This document shows, piece by piece, positions 1 to 9,802 of a stretch of 64,000 nt of DNA (within the stretch, counting starts at the first letter, position 1; each line of letters opens with the position of its first letter). Position numbers and translations under genes: made by a program. The notes beneath the pieces are model-generated. The model saw only the letters and a program-made list of their open reading frames with translations, made no database searches and was not told the origin of the DNA. Where the stretch lies: positions 4,256,001 to 4,320,000 of the forward strand of contig CAXXLX010000001.1 of the NCBI GenBank assembly GCA_963665235.2, read 5' to 3'. Source of the stretch: Candidatus Poribacteria bacterium (GTDB taxonomy: Bacteria > Poribacteria > WGA-4E > WGA-3G).

Positions 1-10
1 GCTCGGCGGG

Positions 11-784
11 ATGATGGAATACATAGACACGATTTTAGCCCCCCACTTAGAAAACCGTAAAGGTTTCGAGTTCATCTCTGTTTCAGCAATAAATGATGCA
101 CTCCAAGATGGCGTTGTTATACTTGAAACGAGTTTTGATATCCGGTTGGCTAAGCTGTATCCAGATGGATTGACCGAAGTTTGCGCATTTATTGAAATGT
201 TAGTTGAGCGATATCAGGCACAGCTTGATTTGCGTCCAGAACTCGGTTTTGCAAGGGAGTGTGCTGCCGACCCAAAGTGGATGACACTGGCACACGAAGC
301 AATAGAATTGGACATATTCCACTCAATCGATCTGTATAGTCATGAGGAAGCATGCACGCCTGAAGCTGTCCAACCCTTATACAAAAAAGCGCGCGCTGCA
401 GGGATGAAACTGAAAGCACACGTCGGGGAATTTGGTGGTGCAGAAGAGGTCCGGCGAACAGTTGAGGTCCTTGATTTGGACGAAGTTCAACACGGTATCG
501 GTGCCGCAGAATCGACAGAAGTGATGCGGTGGCTTTCCGAGAATCAAATTCGGTTGAATGTATGTCCAACCAGCAACGTAATGTTGGATGCTGTATCGGA
601 ACTCACCGCGCATCCCATCCGCATCCTATTTGACAACGGTGTCCCCGTGACAATCAACACCGATGACCTGATAGTATTCGGGCAGAGCGTCTCCGAAGAA
701 TATCGGAACCTCTATCGCGCTGGAGTCTTCAGTGCTAAAGAGTTAGACGATATTCGCCGCGCGTCCCTCATTTCTCTCTGTTAA
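11..784 (+). CDS. Adenosine deaminase family protein (probably 5'-truncated by window edge)
   Basis: HVGE, HGIG, NVCPTSNV and TINTDD motifs of ADA-type amidohydrolases. Confidence 0.85.
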   Translation: MMEYIDTILAPHLENRKGFEFISVSAINDALQDGVVILETSFDIRLAKLYPDGLTEVCAFIEMLVERYQAQLDLRPELGFARECAADPKWMTLAHEAIELDIFHSIDLYSHEEACTPEAVQPLYKKARAAGMKLKAHVGEFGGAEEVRRTVEVLDLDEVQHGIGAAESTEVMRWLSENQIRLNVCPTSNVMLDAVSELTAHPIRILFDNGVPVTINTDDLIVFGQSVSEEYRNLYRAGVFSAKELDDIRRASLISLC

Positions 785-831
785 TGCCAATTTTCTAGTA
801 TTCGGACAAACGGTTCCTCGTTCCTAACATA

Positions 832-1134
832 ACGGGAGTTTGAAAAAAAGTTTTGACCCAGTATGAGGAGCGGACTGTGTGCCCCAATATTGGGCAAAAG
901 GTTCCCTGCATCTTAGTCCCAGTATTCGGGCAAGCAGCCCGCTCTTTAAGGACGATATCTTTATAGAAGCAGCCGTTTCCACCCCGCATCTTAGTCCCAG
1001 TATTCGGGCAAGCAGCCCGCTCTTTAAGGACGATATCTTTATAGAAGCAGCCGTTTCTGATCCACTCATTCCGCTTTTTTCGGAGAACCTCAAAAATGTT
1101 TAGAGAAAACGGATATTTATTATCAAGCTCACGT
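832..1134. mobile_element. MITE with ACG(T/G)GAG(C/T)TTGA termini and an internal 76-bp tandem duplication
   Basis: Inverted ends ACGGGAGTTTGA / TCAAGCTCACGT. 7-bp direct repeat TAACATA at 825-831 and 1135-1141. Related ends at 23839, 25017 and 48628-48782. Confidence 0.75.
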
Positions 1135-1234
1135 TAACATAAGCACTCGTAGTAGGCCAATTCATTGCCCGTTCGCACAAACCCCTTTTTACCCGAGCCA
1201 ATTGTAGCTGCCGGAGAATCAGTCAATTTTAATT

Positions 1235-1263
1235 TTGACAAAGTTCTTGGAATGTGGTATACT
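1235..1263 (+). promoter_or_regulatory. sigma70-type promoter
   Basis: TTGACA-17bp-TATACT with TG upstream of -10. Lies in a ~110-bp block duplicated at 2737-2843. Confidence 0.65.
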
Positions 1264-1458
1264 TTAAAACGTAGTTTCAGAGGTTTTGCCAATACTGCTT
1301 ATTTGTTAGAAAAGAGGCAGTTTCTCCACGTGGGCTTGCCGACAATTTTCTGCTTGGCAAGTAATCGGTTTTAGGAACGCTATGCCTGAAGGCGAATTGT
1401 TCTTAATTTAAATGGGATGTGTTCGTTTCAATATTTCCAGAGATAAACGGAGGAAATC

Positions 1459-2082
1459 ATGGCGATAAGTGCTGTCCAAACATACCTTAGCCCAGAAGAA
1501 TACATCGCTTCAGAACGTAAAGCAAAACCTGACGCGAACACAGTCAGAAATGAATATATTCAAGGTGAAATTATCGCTATGTCCGGGGCAAGTTTTACAC
1601 ATAATCTTATTAAAGGGAATATCTTTGTTCAACTTCACAATCGTTTGATAGAAAGCAGCTGTGTCGTTTTCGCCAATGAAATGCGTGTCGGTATCCCTTC
1701 AGCAAAATCCTACTTTTACCCTGATGTAGGCGTCGTTTGTGATGAACCGCGCTTTGAAGACAATGTTTTTGACACACTCCTGAACCCGATTGTTATTGTA
1801 GAGGTCCTCTCTCCAAGCACCGAGGGCTATGATAGAGGTGAAAAGTTCTCGCGCTACCGACAGGTCGCTTCCTTGAAAGAATATATCCTTGTTTCACAAG
1901 ATAGCGTGAACGTTGAACGTTTTCTGCGAAAACGTGATGATTGGAGTTACACTTTCTTTCAAGGACTTGAACAGCAACTTCCGTTAACGTCTCTTGAGTG
2001 CGAATTCCCCTTGCAGGAAATATACAAGCGCGTCACATTTCCTGAAACGTCTGAGGGCACTATATGTACTACTCAGGGTTGA
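1459..2082 (+). CDS. Uma2/DUF820 family PD-(D/E)xK nuclease-like protein
   Basis: YFYPDV, IVEVLSPST, YDRGEKF and LKEYILVSQ signature. GGAGG RBS. Confidence 0.9.
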   Translation: MAISAVQTYLSPEEYIASERKAKPDANTVRNEYIQGEIIAMSGASFTHNLIKGNIFVQLHNRLIESSCVVFANEMRVGIPSAKSYFYPDVGVVCDEPRFEDNVFDTLLNPIVIVEVLSPSTEGYDRGEKFSRYRQVASLKEYILVSQDSVNVERFLRKRDDWSYTFFQGLEQQLPLTSLECEFPLQEIYKRVTFPETSEGTICTTQG

Positions 2083-2107
2083 GGCTTTTCTAAGACCTAC
2101 AAGCATT

Positions 2108-2440
2108 ATGTCTGAAGTGAATATACAAACAATCCGCAATAGAATTCGCGGAGATAAATATCTTACAAAGCCTCATGCTGTGCAACATGCTTTGAAAGAG
2201 GGTTTTGAACGTAAACATATAGTTGAAGCGATTCTCAGTGGCGATATAATCGAAGAATATCCAGACGCGCAGCGAGTTTTAATTTGTGGGCGCGCGCACT
2301 TAAGCAATATCACAATTTACCTGCATGTTGTTTGTGAATATGCCCACCAGGACTATATCGAATTTGTGACAGCTTATATTCCTGACGAAGTTCAATGGGA
2401 ACCTCCAACCTTCAAGCGTCGGAGACGCAGAAAGAGATAA
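2108..2440 (+). CDS. DUF4258-family putative toxin
   Basis: HAV..., IIEEYPD, LHVVC and VTAYIPD..W motifs. Adjacent to a zinc-finger gene. Start moved to ATG 2108. Confidence 0.75.
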   Translation: MSEVNIQTIRNRIRGDKYLTKPHAVQHALKEGFERKHIVEAILSGDIIEEYPDAQRVLICGRAHLSNITIYLHVVCEYAHQDYIEFVTAYIPDEVQWEPPTFKRRRRRKR

Positions 2441-2443
2441 ATT

Positions 2444-2707
2444 ATGACATCTAAACCGATTCCAATCTGTGCCCAACACAACACAGAAAGAGTATGGAAG
2501 CAAACTGTATTTGAATATAACGAAGATGGCATATCCGTTCGAGTCCAGAACGTTTGGGCGTGGGTTTGTCCTGAAGATGGCGAAGCCACCTTCACGCCAG
2601 AAACGGTTGACGCATTGATCGTAACTGTTAGAGAACTCGTTGACACCGCCAAACGTGCTAAAGAACGGTCTCCCGCGTTAACCGAATATGCTGTTGCCGT
2701 TGGATAA
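2444..2707 (+). CDS. YgiT/MqsA-type zinc-finger putative antitoxin
   Basis: C..H and V.NV.AWVCP.DGE pattern. Directly downstream of the DUF4258 gene. Confidence 0.7.
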   Translation: MTSKPIPICAQHNTERVWKQTVFEYNEDGISVRVQNVWAWVCPEDGEATFTPETVDALIVTVRELVDTAKRAKERSPALTEYAVAVG

Positions 2708-2777
2708 AATTCGTTGTAGTGCCTCCTAAGGGAAACCTGAGCCAATTGTGGCTGCCGGAAGATTTGTGAATTTTAAC

Positions 2778-2806
2778 TTGACAAAGTTTTTGGAATGTGG
2801 CATAAT
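2778..2806 (+). promoter_or_regulatory. sigma70-type promoter (second copy of duplicated block)
   Basis: TTGACA-17bp-CATAAT. Block homologous to 1193-1303. Confidence 0.55.
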
Positions 2807-2950
2807 TTAAGACGTAGTTTCAGAAGCTTTGCCAATACTGCTTAGCTCATGTAAGGAATGAAAACTATTGTGACCATTCTCTTCATTAAAAACAATCGCA
2901 CACACCTTTTACATGGGCGTGAAAACATACCATGAAAAGGAGGTATACAG

Positions 2951-3181
2951 ATGGGAATTGTAGTTAATATCCTTTCTAATGCTCCGGTGTCTTTTGAAAT
3001 TCCTGATCCTACGGCGGATCCATTTGTGGATAACAATCAACAATTATCACATGAGGAATTTAAAGCACTCTTAGATGCGTTAGCGGTCCTAAGTATGAAA
3101 TTTACGGGGCCTGATACCCAACCATTATCCGATTACGCAGTGAGTCGGGAGGGGATATACGAAGGTCATCCAAAATTATGA
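2951..3181 (+). CDS. Small putative antitoxin
   Basis: C-terminal LSDYAVSREGIY motif seen in PIN-toxin partners. AGGAGG RBS. Stop overlaps the next ATG. Confidence 0.55.
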   Translation: MGIVVNILSNAPVSFEIPDPTADPFVDNNQQLSHEEFKALLDALAVLSMKFTGPDTQPLSDYAVSREGIYEGHPKL

Positions 3182-3300
3182 TTTATCTGGTTGATACCAA
3201 TGTTTTGTTGCGAATTACACAGAGTGATGATTCACGTCATCAAATTGCACAAGATGCCGGGCAGAAATTAGAGGTAGAAGGTCATCAATTAACGAGGTGT
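3178..3300 (+). pseudogene. Truncated VapC/PIN toxin
   Basis: MIYLVDTNVLLR is a PIN N-terminus. Similarity ends after ~40 aa where the convergent gene begins. Confidence 0.65.
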
Positions 3301-3305
3301 AAACC

Positions 3306-3491
3306 CTATTTTTGTTTTTCGACGCGAAGCCATTCATTGACCAACGTTTCCACATCTTTGCCTGTCTCGTCAGCGAGTTTTCGCATGAATTCATAAACAT
3401 CTTCCGCCAAATAGATAGGAAAATTAAAAGTGGCTTTCGGATTGTAGAATTTACCACGTTCTCCTTTTGAAAAGTCATATTCTGCTTTCAT
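3306..3491 (-). CDS. BrnA/CopG-like antitoxin (orphan, possibly truncated)
   Basis: MKAEYDFSKGERGKFY N-terminus and ETLVNEWLR helix. Confidence 0.7.
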   Translation of the reverse strand: MKAEYDFSKGERGKFYNPKATFNFPIYLAEDVYEFMRKLADETGKDVETLVNEWLRVEKQK

Positions 3492-4879
3492 TGAACCTCA
3501 CCTTTCTTAATCTCTTTTTTTTCAAAGTATAAATTTCTAACTCGGTCACCTGTCAGTCTAAATCCCGCAACGTGTCCAGCGTCATCCCGCGTGAAATGAA
3601 TCTTTGGAAAAAACCAGGAATCCCCGTGGAAATGACCATCGGTATAAGTTAGCAATATATCATCGTGCCGTATATGTTGCGCCACAAGTTGATTTCCGTG
3701 CACGCGGATGCTGTAGGTTGTATCGAGTTCTTCCGTATAATAGGCCCCCTCAAATTCTGTCAACTGTTCCGGGGTTAACGTTTCAGACTCGGCTTCTTCA
3801 GCAGATTCTATCGCTTTCTCTGGCTCGGACACTTCTACCGGAGCGAGGACATCGGCAAGATAGACATCAGCAACCTTTTCCGCCAGGCGAAGTGGCTTAA
3901 AGGTGTCAAGATTGCACAAGATGACAACGCCAAATTTCTGAGCTGGAAACCGCATCAAGTGGCTCCGAAATCCGCGCCACGACCCGCTATGTCCGACCGT
4001 TTTCAACCCTCTATATTCACCGATAGTCAGTCCAAGTGCATAACTAATCTGTTCCCCGTTGTTTAGCACACCGCGCTGGTGCATCTGTTCAATTACTGTC
4101 TGTTCACCAATCTGTGTGTCGTCAAAATTCAGAATCCATTTTGCTAAATCCTCTACCGTTGAATAGAGAGAACTTGAACCGAGAGCAGTCGTCATATTGA
4201 CCGCATGCTTAAACCCGCCATTTTCGACAGAACGATACGAATACGCTCGGTTTTTCAGAATCACTTGGTGGTCATCGTGAAAGTGGGTGTTTGTCATCGC
4301 GAGCGGCTTGAAGATGTGGGTGTCTGTCCATTCTCTGAAGGTGTTTCCAGTCACCCTTTCGACAATTTCTGCAAGCAGGTTATAACCCGTATTGCTATAT
4401 GAATATGCTGTTCCCGGCTCGAAATTGAGTGCCTTCTGATGCCGCACCATTTTCAAAATGTGTTTGAACGAAATCACATCCTCCATGGCAACTCCCGCGA
4501 TAACAAGGGATTGTACCCAATCCCGTAGTCCGCTAGTGTGATGGAGTAGGTGCCGGATTGTGATTGTGTGTCCAAAATCCGGAACATCGGACAAGTACGT
4601 TCGGATATCGTCATTCAGTGAAAATTTTCCCGCGTGTGCTAAAGTGGCGATGGCAAACGCCGCAAATTGCTTAGACACCGAAGCGATATCGAAGACAGTT
4701 ATCGGTGTGATAAGAATATCGTATTCCAGATTCGCTGTCCCGTAACCCTGTTTATAGATGACCTTACCGTCTCTGGTAACCGCTATGGCGGCACCAGGGG
4801 AGTCAGCTCGATTCCATTCTGCAAACAGCTGATCGATTTTTGCTTCGAGTGTCTCGCGAGGTGTCATAATCAGGGGCAT
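3488..4879 (-). CDS. Serine hydrolase, beta-lactamase class C/AmpC-like family
   Basis: SVSK (SxxK), LLHHTSG, YSN and HSG motifs. Confidence 0.9.
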   Translation of the reverse strand: MPLIMTPRETLEAKIDQLFAEWNRADSPGAAIAVTRDGKVIYKQGYGTANLEYDILITPITVFDIASVSKQFAAFAIATLAHAGKFSLNDDIRTYLSDVPDFGHTITIRHLLHHTSGLRDWVQSLVIAGVAMEDVISFKHILKMVRHQKALNFEPGTAYSYSNTGYNLLAEIVERVTGNTFREWTDTHIFKPLAMTNTHFHDDHQVILKNRAYSYRSVENGGFKHAVNMTTALGSSSLYSTVEDLAKWILNFDDTQIGEQTVIEQMHQRGVLNNGEQISYALGLTIGEYRGLKTVGHSGSWRGFRSHLMRFPAQKFGVVILCNLDTFKPLRLAEKVADVYLADVLAPVEVSEPEKAIESAEEAESETLTPEQLTEFEGAYYTEELDTTYSIRVHGNQLVAQHIRHDDILLTYTDGHFHGDSWFFPKIHFTRDDAGHVAGFRLTGDRVRNLYFEKKEIKKGEVQ

Positions 4880-5086
4880 TTAGTTCTCCATATTCTCGCT
4901 CGTTTTCGTTTTTGATCGTGCTTTCTTCTGTAGGAGCGAGCTGTGCTCGCGATATTATACAAATTATACCATTTAAATGCTTAACCTGTCAACAGTATCG
5001 TTTTGAAGTTGACAACTGCTCAACATTATGATAGACTGTGACATCAAAAGGGAATCAATCCCCAATGTGCAAAAAAGGAGAAAATT

Positions 5087-5407
5087 ATGTACGTTATCAT
5101 TGCACCAATTCAGATTAAAGAGGGGCACAGAGAGGCGTTCGTCGAAGCGATGCTGGACGACGCGAAAGGCTCCATTGAAAACGAACCCGGCTGCCTGAGA
5201 TTCGATGTAATTCAGGACGGCGGCGACCCAAACCGAATTTGGCTTTATGAAGTCTATGTAGACGAGGCAGCGTTCCAAGAACATCTCAAAACCCCACACT
5301 TCATTAAGTGGCGGGACACCGTGAAGGACTGGTTCGCTGAGAGCGACTTTAAAGGCGCAGGCGGCGGGAGTTCCAATATTTACCCGCCAGATGACGATTG
5401 GAAGTAG
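5087..5407 (+). CDS. Antibiotic biosynthesis monooxygenase (ABM/LsrG-like)
   Basis: EPGCLRFDV, LYEVY, AF..H.KTPHF motifs. AGGAG RBS. Confidence 0.9.
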   Translation: MYVIIAPIQIKEGHREAFVEAMLDDAKGSIENEPGCLRFDVIQDGGDPNRIWLYEVYVDEAAFQEHLKTPHFIKWRDTVKDWFAESDFKGAGGGSSNIYPPDDDWK

Positions 5408-5472
5408 AACAATTTTTGGCATCAGATATATCTTCAGGCATTCGCGCACACCGCCTGGGATGGAGGTTCAAA

Positions 5473-6246
5473 ATGAGACAGATCATTCTCTATATTTTGA
5501 GCGCAGCGTTCATTTTCACTTTTCCTTTTGCCACCGAGGCGATTAAGGACGACGCACTGGTCCTTTACCTCTCATTCAATGAGGGAAACGGGCAAGCTGC
5601 CAAAGACCTGAGCGGTAAGGGGAATGATGGCACGCTCGAAGGCGATGTCAAATGGGTGAAAAACGGAAAGTCCGAATCAGCAGTATCTTTTAGTGAGCAG
5701 ATTCAGCAGGGAGTCGTGGCAGTCAAAGCCTCTAATAGCCTAGCGATTACCAAGAATTTAACCATGGCGGTATGGGTACACCCCGAAAGTATCGGCGATT
5801 ATCGCAACCTACGCGGGCAGGCGGACCCTCACACATACTATCTGAGTATCCATCAAGGGAAACCTTCGGTCTGGATTGGTAGTCCCGGCGCAGGCGGACG
5901 CACATGGAACAGCGCAAAGAGCGATATTCCGCTTAATAAATGGTCGCACGTCGCCGCGGTTTACGAATTCGATAAGGAGCTTCGGTTTTATATCAACGGC
6001 AAACTTGATAAAACCCATAAGTTGGAAGGCGAAATTCCCACTTCTCAAGGAGCTCACTGGTTCGGTAACCGCTTAGATGGCGCGTGGCCCTACAAGGGGA
6101 TGCTTGACGAATTTGTTATCTATAATCGTGTCTTAACTGAAGCCGAAATTCAGCAGGATATGACAGAGGTTTTGAGCGTGTCACCGTTGGACAAAGTTGC
6201 AACGACTTGGGGGTTGCTCAAGAGAGAAGATAGGAATGTTCACTAA
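5473..6246 (+). CDS. Secreted LamG-like jellyroll protein
   Basis: Signal peptide, DLSGKGNDG, WSHVAAVY, FYING and G.LDE motifs. C-terminal VSPLDKVATTWGLLK. Start after GGAGG. Confidence 0.85.
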   Translation: MRQIILYILSAAFIFTFPFATEAIKDDALVLYLSFNEGNGQAAKDLSGKGNDGTLEGDVKWVKNGKSESAVSFSEQIQQGVVAVKASNSLAITKNLTMAVWVHPESIGDYRNLRGQADPHTYYLSIHQGKPSVWIGSPGAGGRTWNSAKSDIPLNKWSHVAAVYEFDKELRFYINGKLDKTHKLEGEIPTSQGAHWFGNRLDGAWPYKGMLDEFVIYNRVLTEAEIQQDMTEVLSVSPLDKVATTWGLLKREDRNVH

Positions 6247-6478
6247 ACTGACCCCCCATCTGTTTACTTGGGCGGAAATTCACGGGGCATCGCGGAATCA
6301 GGCGTATAACTGGAATAGTTTTCTCGTGCAAGACGAAATCAACAGTGCCCGAGTCCTGATCGATCCATTGCCACTCTCGGAAAGTGAAATTCAATGGCTT
6401 GATAAACTTGGCGGACCAACGCATTTAATGTTAACTTGTACCTATCATGAAAAACCTTTCCGGGAGGTGTCCGAATGA
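6236..6478 (+). pseudogene. N-terminal fragment of an MBL-fold hydrolase-like protein
   Basis: NSFLV, VLIDP and THLMLTCTYHE resemble an MBL N-terminus. The ORF ends immediately afterwards. Confidence 0.45.
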
Positions 6479-7308
6479 ACGAAGAAATCTGTTTCAGCTC
6501 AGAAGATCAACAGTTCGTTGATCGAGCCAGGGATTTTTGTCAACAAATGGGTGAACGTGCTGTTCTCATGTTGATTGGGAGTCGTGCGACTAATTTTGCC
6601 GATGGATGGTCGGACCTTGACTTGTGTATCATTGGCAATAAATGTCACCTTTCCGATGAAGAGCGGGAGACTTATGAACAAAGTTGGCAACTCTTCGTCG
6701 ATAGAGGTGATTTTGAGGCACACTATTCATTTTATGATGAAAGTGACCTGCGGGCGTGGTTGGAGACGTGGCCAGATGAGATGATGTGGGTCATTGCCAA
6801 TTCGAAAGTTCTCTACGGTTGTTCGAGTACTGCTGAGGAATTGAAGCATCGCTATTGTGTGTATCCCCCAGCAGTCGCGGAGCGGAAGTTGAAGTGGATG
6901 TTCGGCAAGTATTATTTCTCGCAGCGCGGTCCCTTGGCTATGGCAGCTCGAAATAAGGTGGAAACGGCATTTGTTGCCGTTGGAAACGTTATAGAGTATC
7001 TCTGTAAAATGTGCTGTGTCGCTGAGAGACAACCGTTTCCGTACGAAAAATGGGTGGTTGAAGCAGCGAAACGAACACAACTCGGCGCAATGGTATATCC
7101 ATCAATTCGACGAGCGGTAGAGGGCATAGCGGACTTTCGCGAGCCACCAGCCGGCCATAATTGGCGGGACTGGGCACCGGTGAAAGAATTACGTGGGACG
7201 TTACCGATTGTTCAAAGCGGACTGAAAGAACTGGGTTGGGTTGGCGATTGGATTGACAATCCGAATGCAGCTTACTTCAATGAGACAGCCAGGCGACCCA
7301 CGCCCTAA
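6475..7308 (+). CDS. Nucleotidyltransferase-domain protein (DUF4037-like)
   Basis: GSRA...D.WSDLDL Pol-beta motif and a PFPYEKW helical C-terminal part. Confidence 0.75.
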   Translation: MNEEICFSSEDQQFVDRARDFCQQMGERAVLMLIGSRATNFADGWSDLDLCIIGNKCHLSDEERETYEQSWQLFVDRGDFEAHYSFYDESDLRAWLETWPDEMMWVIANSKVLYGCSSTAEELKHRYCVYPPAVAERKLKWMFGKYYFSQRGPLAMAARNKVETAFVAVGNVIEYLCKMCCVAERQPFPYEKWVVEAAKRTQLGAMVYPSIRRAVEGIADFREPPAGHNWRDWAPVKELRGTLPIVQSGLKELGWVGDWIDNPNAAYFNETARRPTP

Positions 7309-7387
7309 ACACCAATCTCTGAATGAACGTTCCCGAGCAGCGGCACTACGGCTCGGTTTTAAATTTGGTGGAACAGAGGAAACAACA

Positions 7388-7663
7388 ATGAGCGACTTAA
7401 AACAGTATGTCGAAAAGCGTAAAGCCAGAGACCCTGAGTTTGCTGAAAATTACGAGACCGGTTATTTGGAGTTCAAAATCGGTGTTCTGCTTCGACAAGC
7501 TCGTGAAGAGGCAGGCTTAACCCAGGAAGAGGTAGCGCAAAAGTTGAATACCAAGAAATCTGCTATCTCAAGGATGGAAAACCACGCAGAAGATGTTAAA
7601 TTGTCAACTTTAGGAAAGTACGCAAAAGTGCTTGGAAAGAAGTTACATCTATCAGTTAGATAA
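7388..7663 (+). CDS. XRE/HigA-like HTH antitoxin (orphan)
   Basis: AREEAGLTQEEVAQKL..KSAISRMEN HTH. GAGGA RBS. No toxin gene upstream. Confidence 0.85.
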   Translation: MSDLKQYVEKRKARDPEFAENYETGYLEFKIGVLLRQAREEAGLTQEEVAQKLNTKKSAISRMENHAEDVKLSTLGKYAKVLGKKLHLSVR

Positions 7664-7674
7664 GGAGAACATTC

Positions 7675-8472
7675 ATGAGCAAATTCAGACTCGCCTGTCA
7701 CCTCATACAGTTTGGCGGGGAACAGCGAGAAAATCCGGAAAAAGTGTTACGCGAAGTCGCCGACGCGGGCTGGGAAGGTGTCGAAGGATTACCAATTGCA
7801 GATGCGACGCAGCTCGTTGAGATGGCAACGGTTGCCCGTAGCCTCGGACTCCATATCGTCAATGCCGGTGGTGCTGGACTTGACAAGATTAGGTTTAACA
7901 TCACCCTCGGCAACGATGCAGCAGAAGTTCCCGCATTAGGCCGTGGCGCATGGGGTGGTGCGAATCCAAGCGATGCCGATTTCGAGAACGCCGCCCGAAC
8001 CTTAGACGACATACTCGCTTTCTGCGATGCACATCACATCAAGGGGTTCCACCATGCACATCTCGGCACATTGATTGAGACGGTCGACGATGCGGAACGG
8101 CTTCTCGCAGTAGCCCCGAGTCTCTGGCTGCTATTCGATACAGGCCACATGCTGGCCGCGGGGAGCGACCCGATGCAGGTCTTTGAGAGCGAAAATTTAC
8201 GGAATCGGATTGGGCATGTCCACTTGAAAGATTGTCACGCGGATGACCCCGAAACTTGGGACTATAGAACACAACGGTTTGGCGAGAAGGCGCGTTTCGC
8301 GGAACTTGGTGCAGGAAACCTAGGGCTTGATGTCAAAGCCGCGCTTGAAGGCCTCGAGGCCGTAGGTTATGATGGATGGGTGTCTGTCGAACTTGACCGG
8401 CCGTACCCTCCACGACCGCCAGCCGAAGCTGCGGTCGTAAATCGCGAATACCTGCGGGGTCTCGGATATTGA
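7675..8472 (+). CDS. Sugar phosphate isomerase/epimerase (IolE-like TIM barrel)
   Basis: HHAH, FDTGH, HVHLKD and GYDGWVSVE motifs. Confidence 0.85.
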   Translation: MSKFRLACHLIQFGGEQRENPEKVLREVADAGWEGVEGLPIADATQLVEMATVARSLGLHIVNAGGAGLDKIRFNITLGNDAAEVPALGRGAWGGANPSDADFENAARTLDDILAFCDAHHIKGFHHAHLGTLIETVDDAERLLAVAPSLWLLFDTGHMLAAGSDPMQVFESENLRNRIGHVHLKDCHADDPETWDYRTQRFGEKARFAELGAGNLGLDVKAALEGLEAVGYDGWVSVELDRPYPPRPPAEAAVVNREYLRGLGY

Positions 8473-8488
8473 ACGGAGACACATCACC

Positions 8489-9802
8489 ATGCTAAAGCGT
8501 GTCAAAATTCAGGGGTATAAATCTCTAGCGGACGTTGAGGTACATCTCGGCCATCTCGCCGTACTTGTCGGACCGAACGCCTCAGGAAAAAGCAACTTCC
8601 TCGATGCGTTGCAACTGCTGTCACGCTTAGCCACCTGTCAGACACTGAAAAAAGCGTTCGCACCCCCGCATCGGGGGTTTCCTTTAGAATCTTTCACCTT
8701 TGGAGAATCAGGCATCGCGGGGCTACGAGAACAAGAGAACGTGTCGTTCTGTATCGAGGCGGATATTCAGTTAACACCCACGGTCATAGAAAATGTCAAC
8801 TCCCAAATACAGAAAATGACACCCACGAGGGGTAACAATACAGGCAAAAATGCATCAAAGCGATTAACGCTTGTGTGTGAGAAAAACCTCCGGTACCGTA
8901 TTACAATTGAAATGCTACCGAAGTTAGGCACCCTGCGGGTAGCAGATGAATATCTCGTCGCCCTCAGCAAAAAAGGAGCAGTGAAACAGAATAGGAAACC
9001 GTTTTTACAACGTGTTGACGATGAACTGCATCTGCGTTTAGAGGGAGAAACACATGCAGCACGCTATAAGCAGCCGCTCGACCAGACCATCTTATCCATG
9101 CCCCATTCTCCGCTACACTACCCACACGTAGTCGCGCTCCAGCACGAATTCGCCAACTACTTCACACACTATTTTGAACCTCGAGAACGTATGCGGATAC
9201 CTACACCTGCCGCTGAAGTTCACCATATCGGATTGATGGGAGAAGACCTCGCGGGGTACCTCAACACATTGAGAACGCACAATCAACGACAGTTCGAATC
9301 CATAGCGAAAGCCCTCCAGCGTATAGTGCCTGCTGTAACCGGAATCGATGTCTGTGTGAATAAAGTAGGAGAGGTCGAACTACACCTCCTCGAAGGTGAA
9401 AAGCGGATTTCTGCACGGTTGCTATCGGATGGAACGCTCCGAATTCTGGGACTTTTAGCACTCGTCGGTTCAGAAAAACCACCGACACTCATAGGATTTG
9501 AAGAACCAGAAAACGGGGCACATCCACGTTACATAGATCTGATAGCCAAATTTTTAGACACCCGCAGGCTCCTTGAACGCACCCAGTACATCGTGACGAC
9601 ACATTCACCGCTTTTAACAGAATTTATTCGCCCCGAATTTTTCTATGTCTGTCACAAGGTTGATAGGAATACAACAATAGAACCCTTTTTGACGCGTGTG
9701 CAATCGTTATGGCCGAAATTAAATCTAAAAGAAGCCATGAAAAAAAACAAAAATGATATGTCCATTCCCAATCGTATCTTACGGGGAGATCTGGATGTAT
9801 AA
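8489..9802 (+). CDS. ABC-type AAA_21 ATPase
   Basis: GPNASGKSN Walker A, LSDGT signature, FEEPENG Walker B, TTHSP. Confidence 0.88.
   Translation: MLKRVKIQGYKSLADVEVHLGHLAVLVGPNASGKSNFLDALQLLSRLATCQTLKKAFAPPHRGFPLESFTFGESGIAGLREQENVSFCIEADIQLTPTVIENVNSQIQKMTPTRGNNTGKNASKRLTLVCEKNLRYRITIEMLPKLGTLRVADEYLVALSKKGAVKQNRKPFLQRVDDELHLRLEGETHAARYKQPLDQTILSMPHSPLHYPHVVALQHEFANYFTHYFEPRERMRIPTPAAEVHHIGLMGEDLAGYLNTLRTHNQRQFESIAKALQRIVPAVTGIDVCVNKVGEVELHLLEGEKRISARLLSDGTLRILGLLALVGSEKPPTLIGFEEPENGAHPRYIDLIAKFLDTRRLLERTQYIVTTHSPLLTEFIRPEFFYVCHKVDRNTTIEPFLTRVQSLWPKLNLKEAMKKNKNDMSIPNRILRGDLDV

Noticed and set aside
824-1103. ORFs with an internal repeat
   Set aside because: They lie within a MITE carrying a 76-bp tandem duplication.
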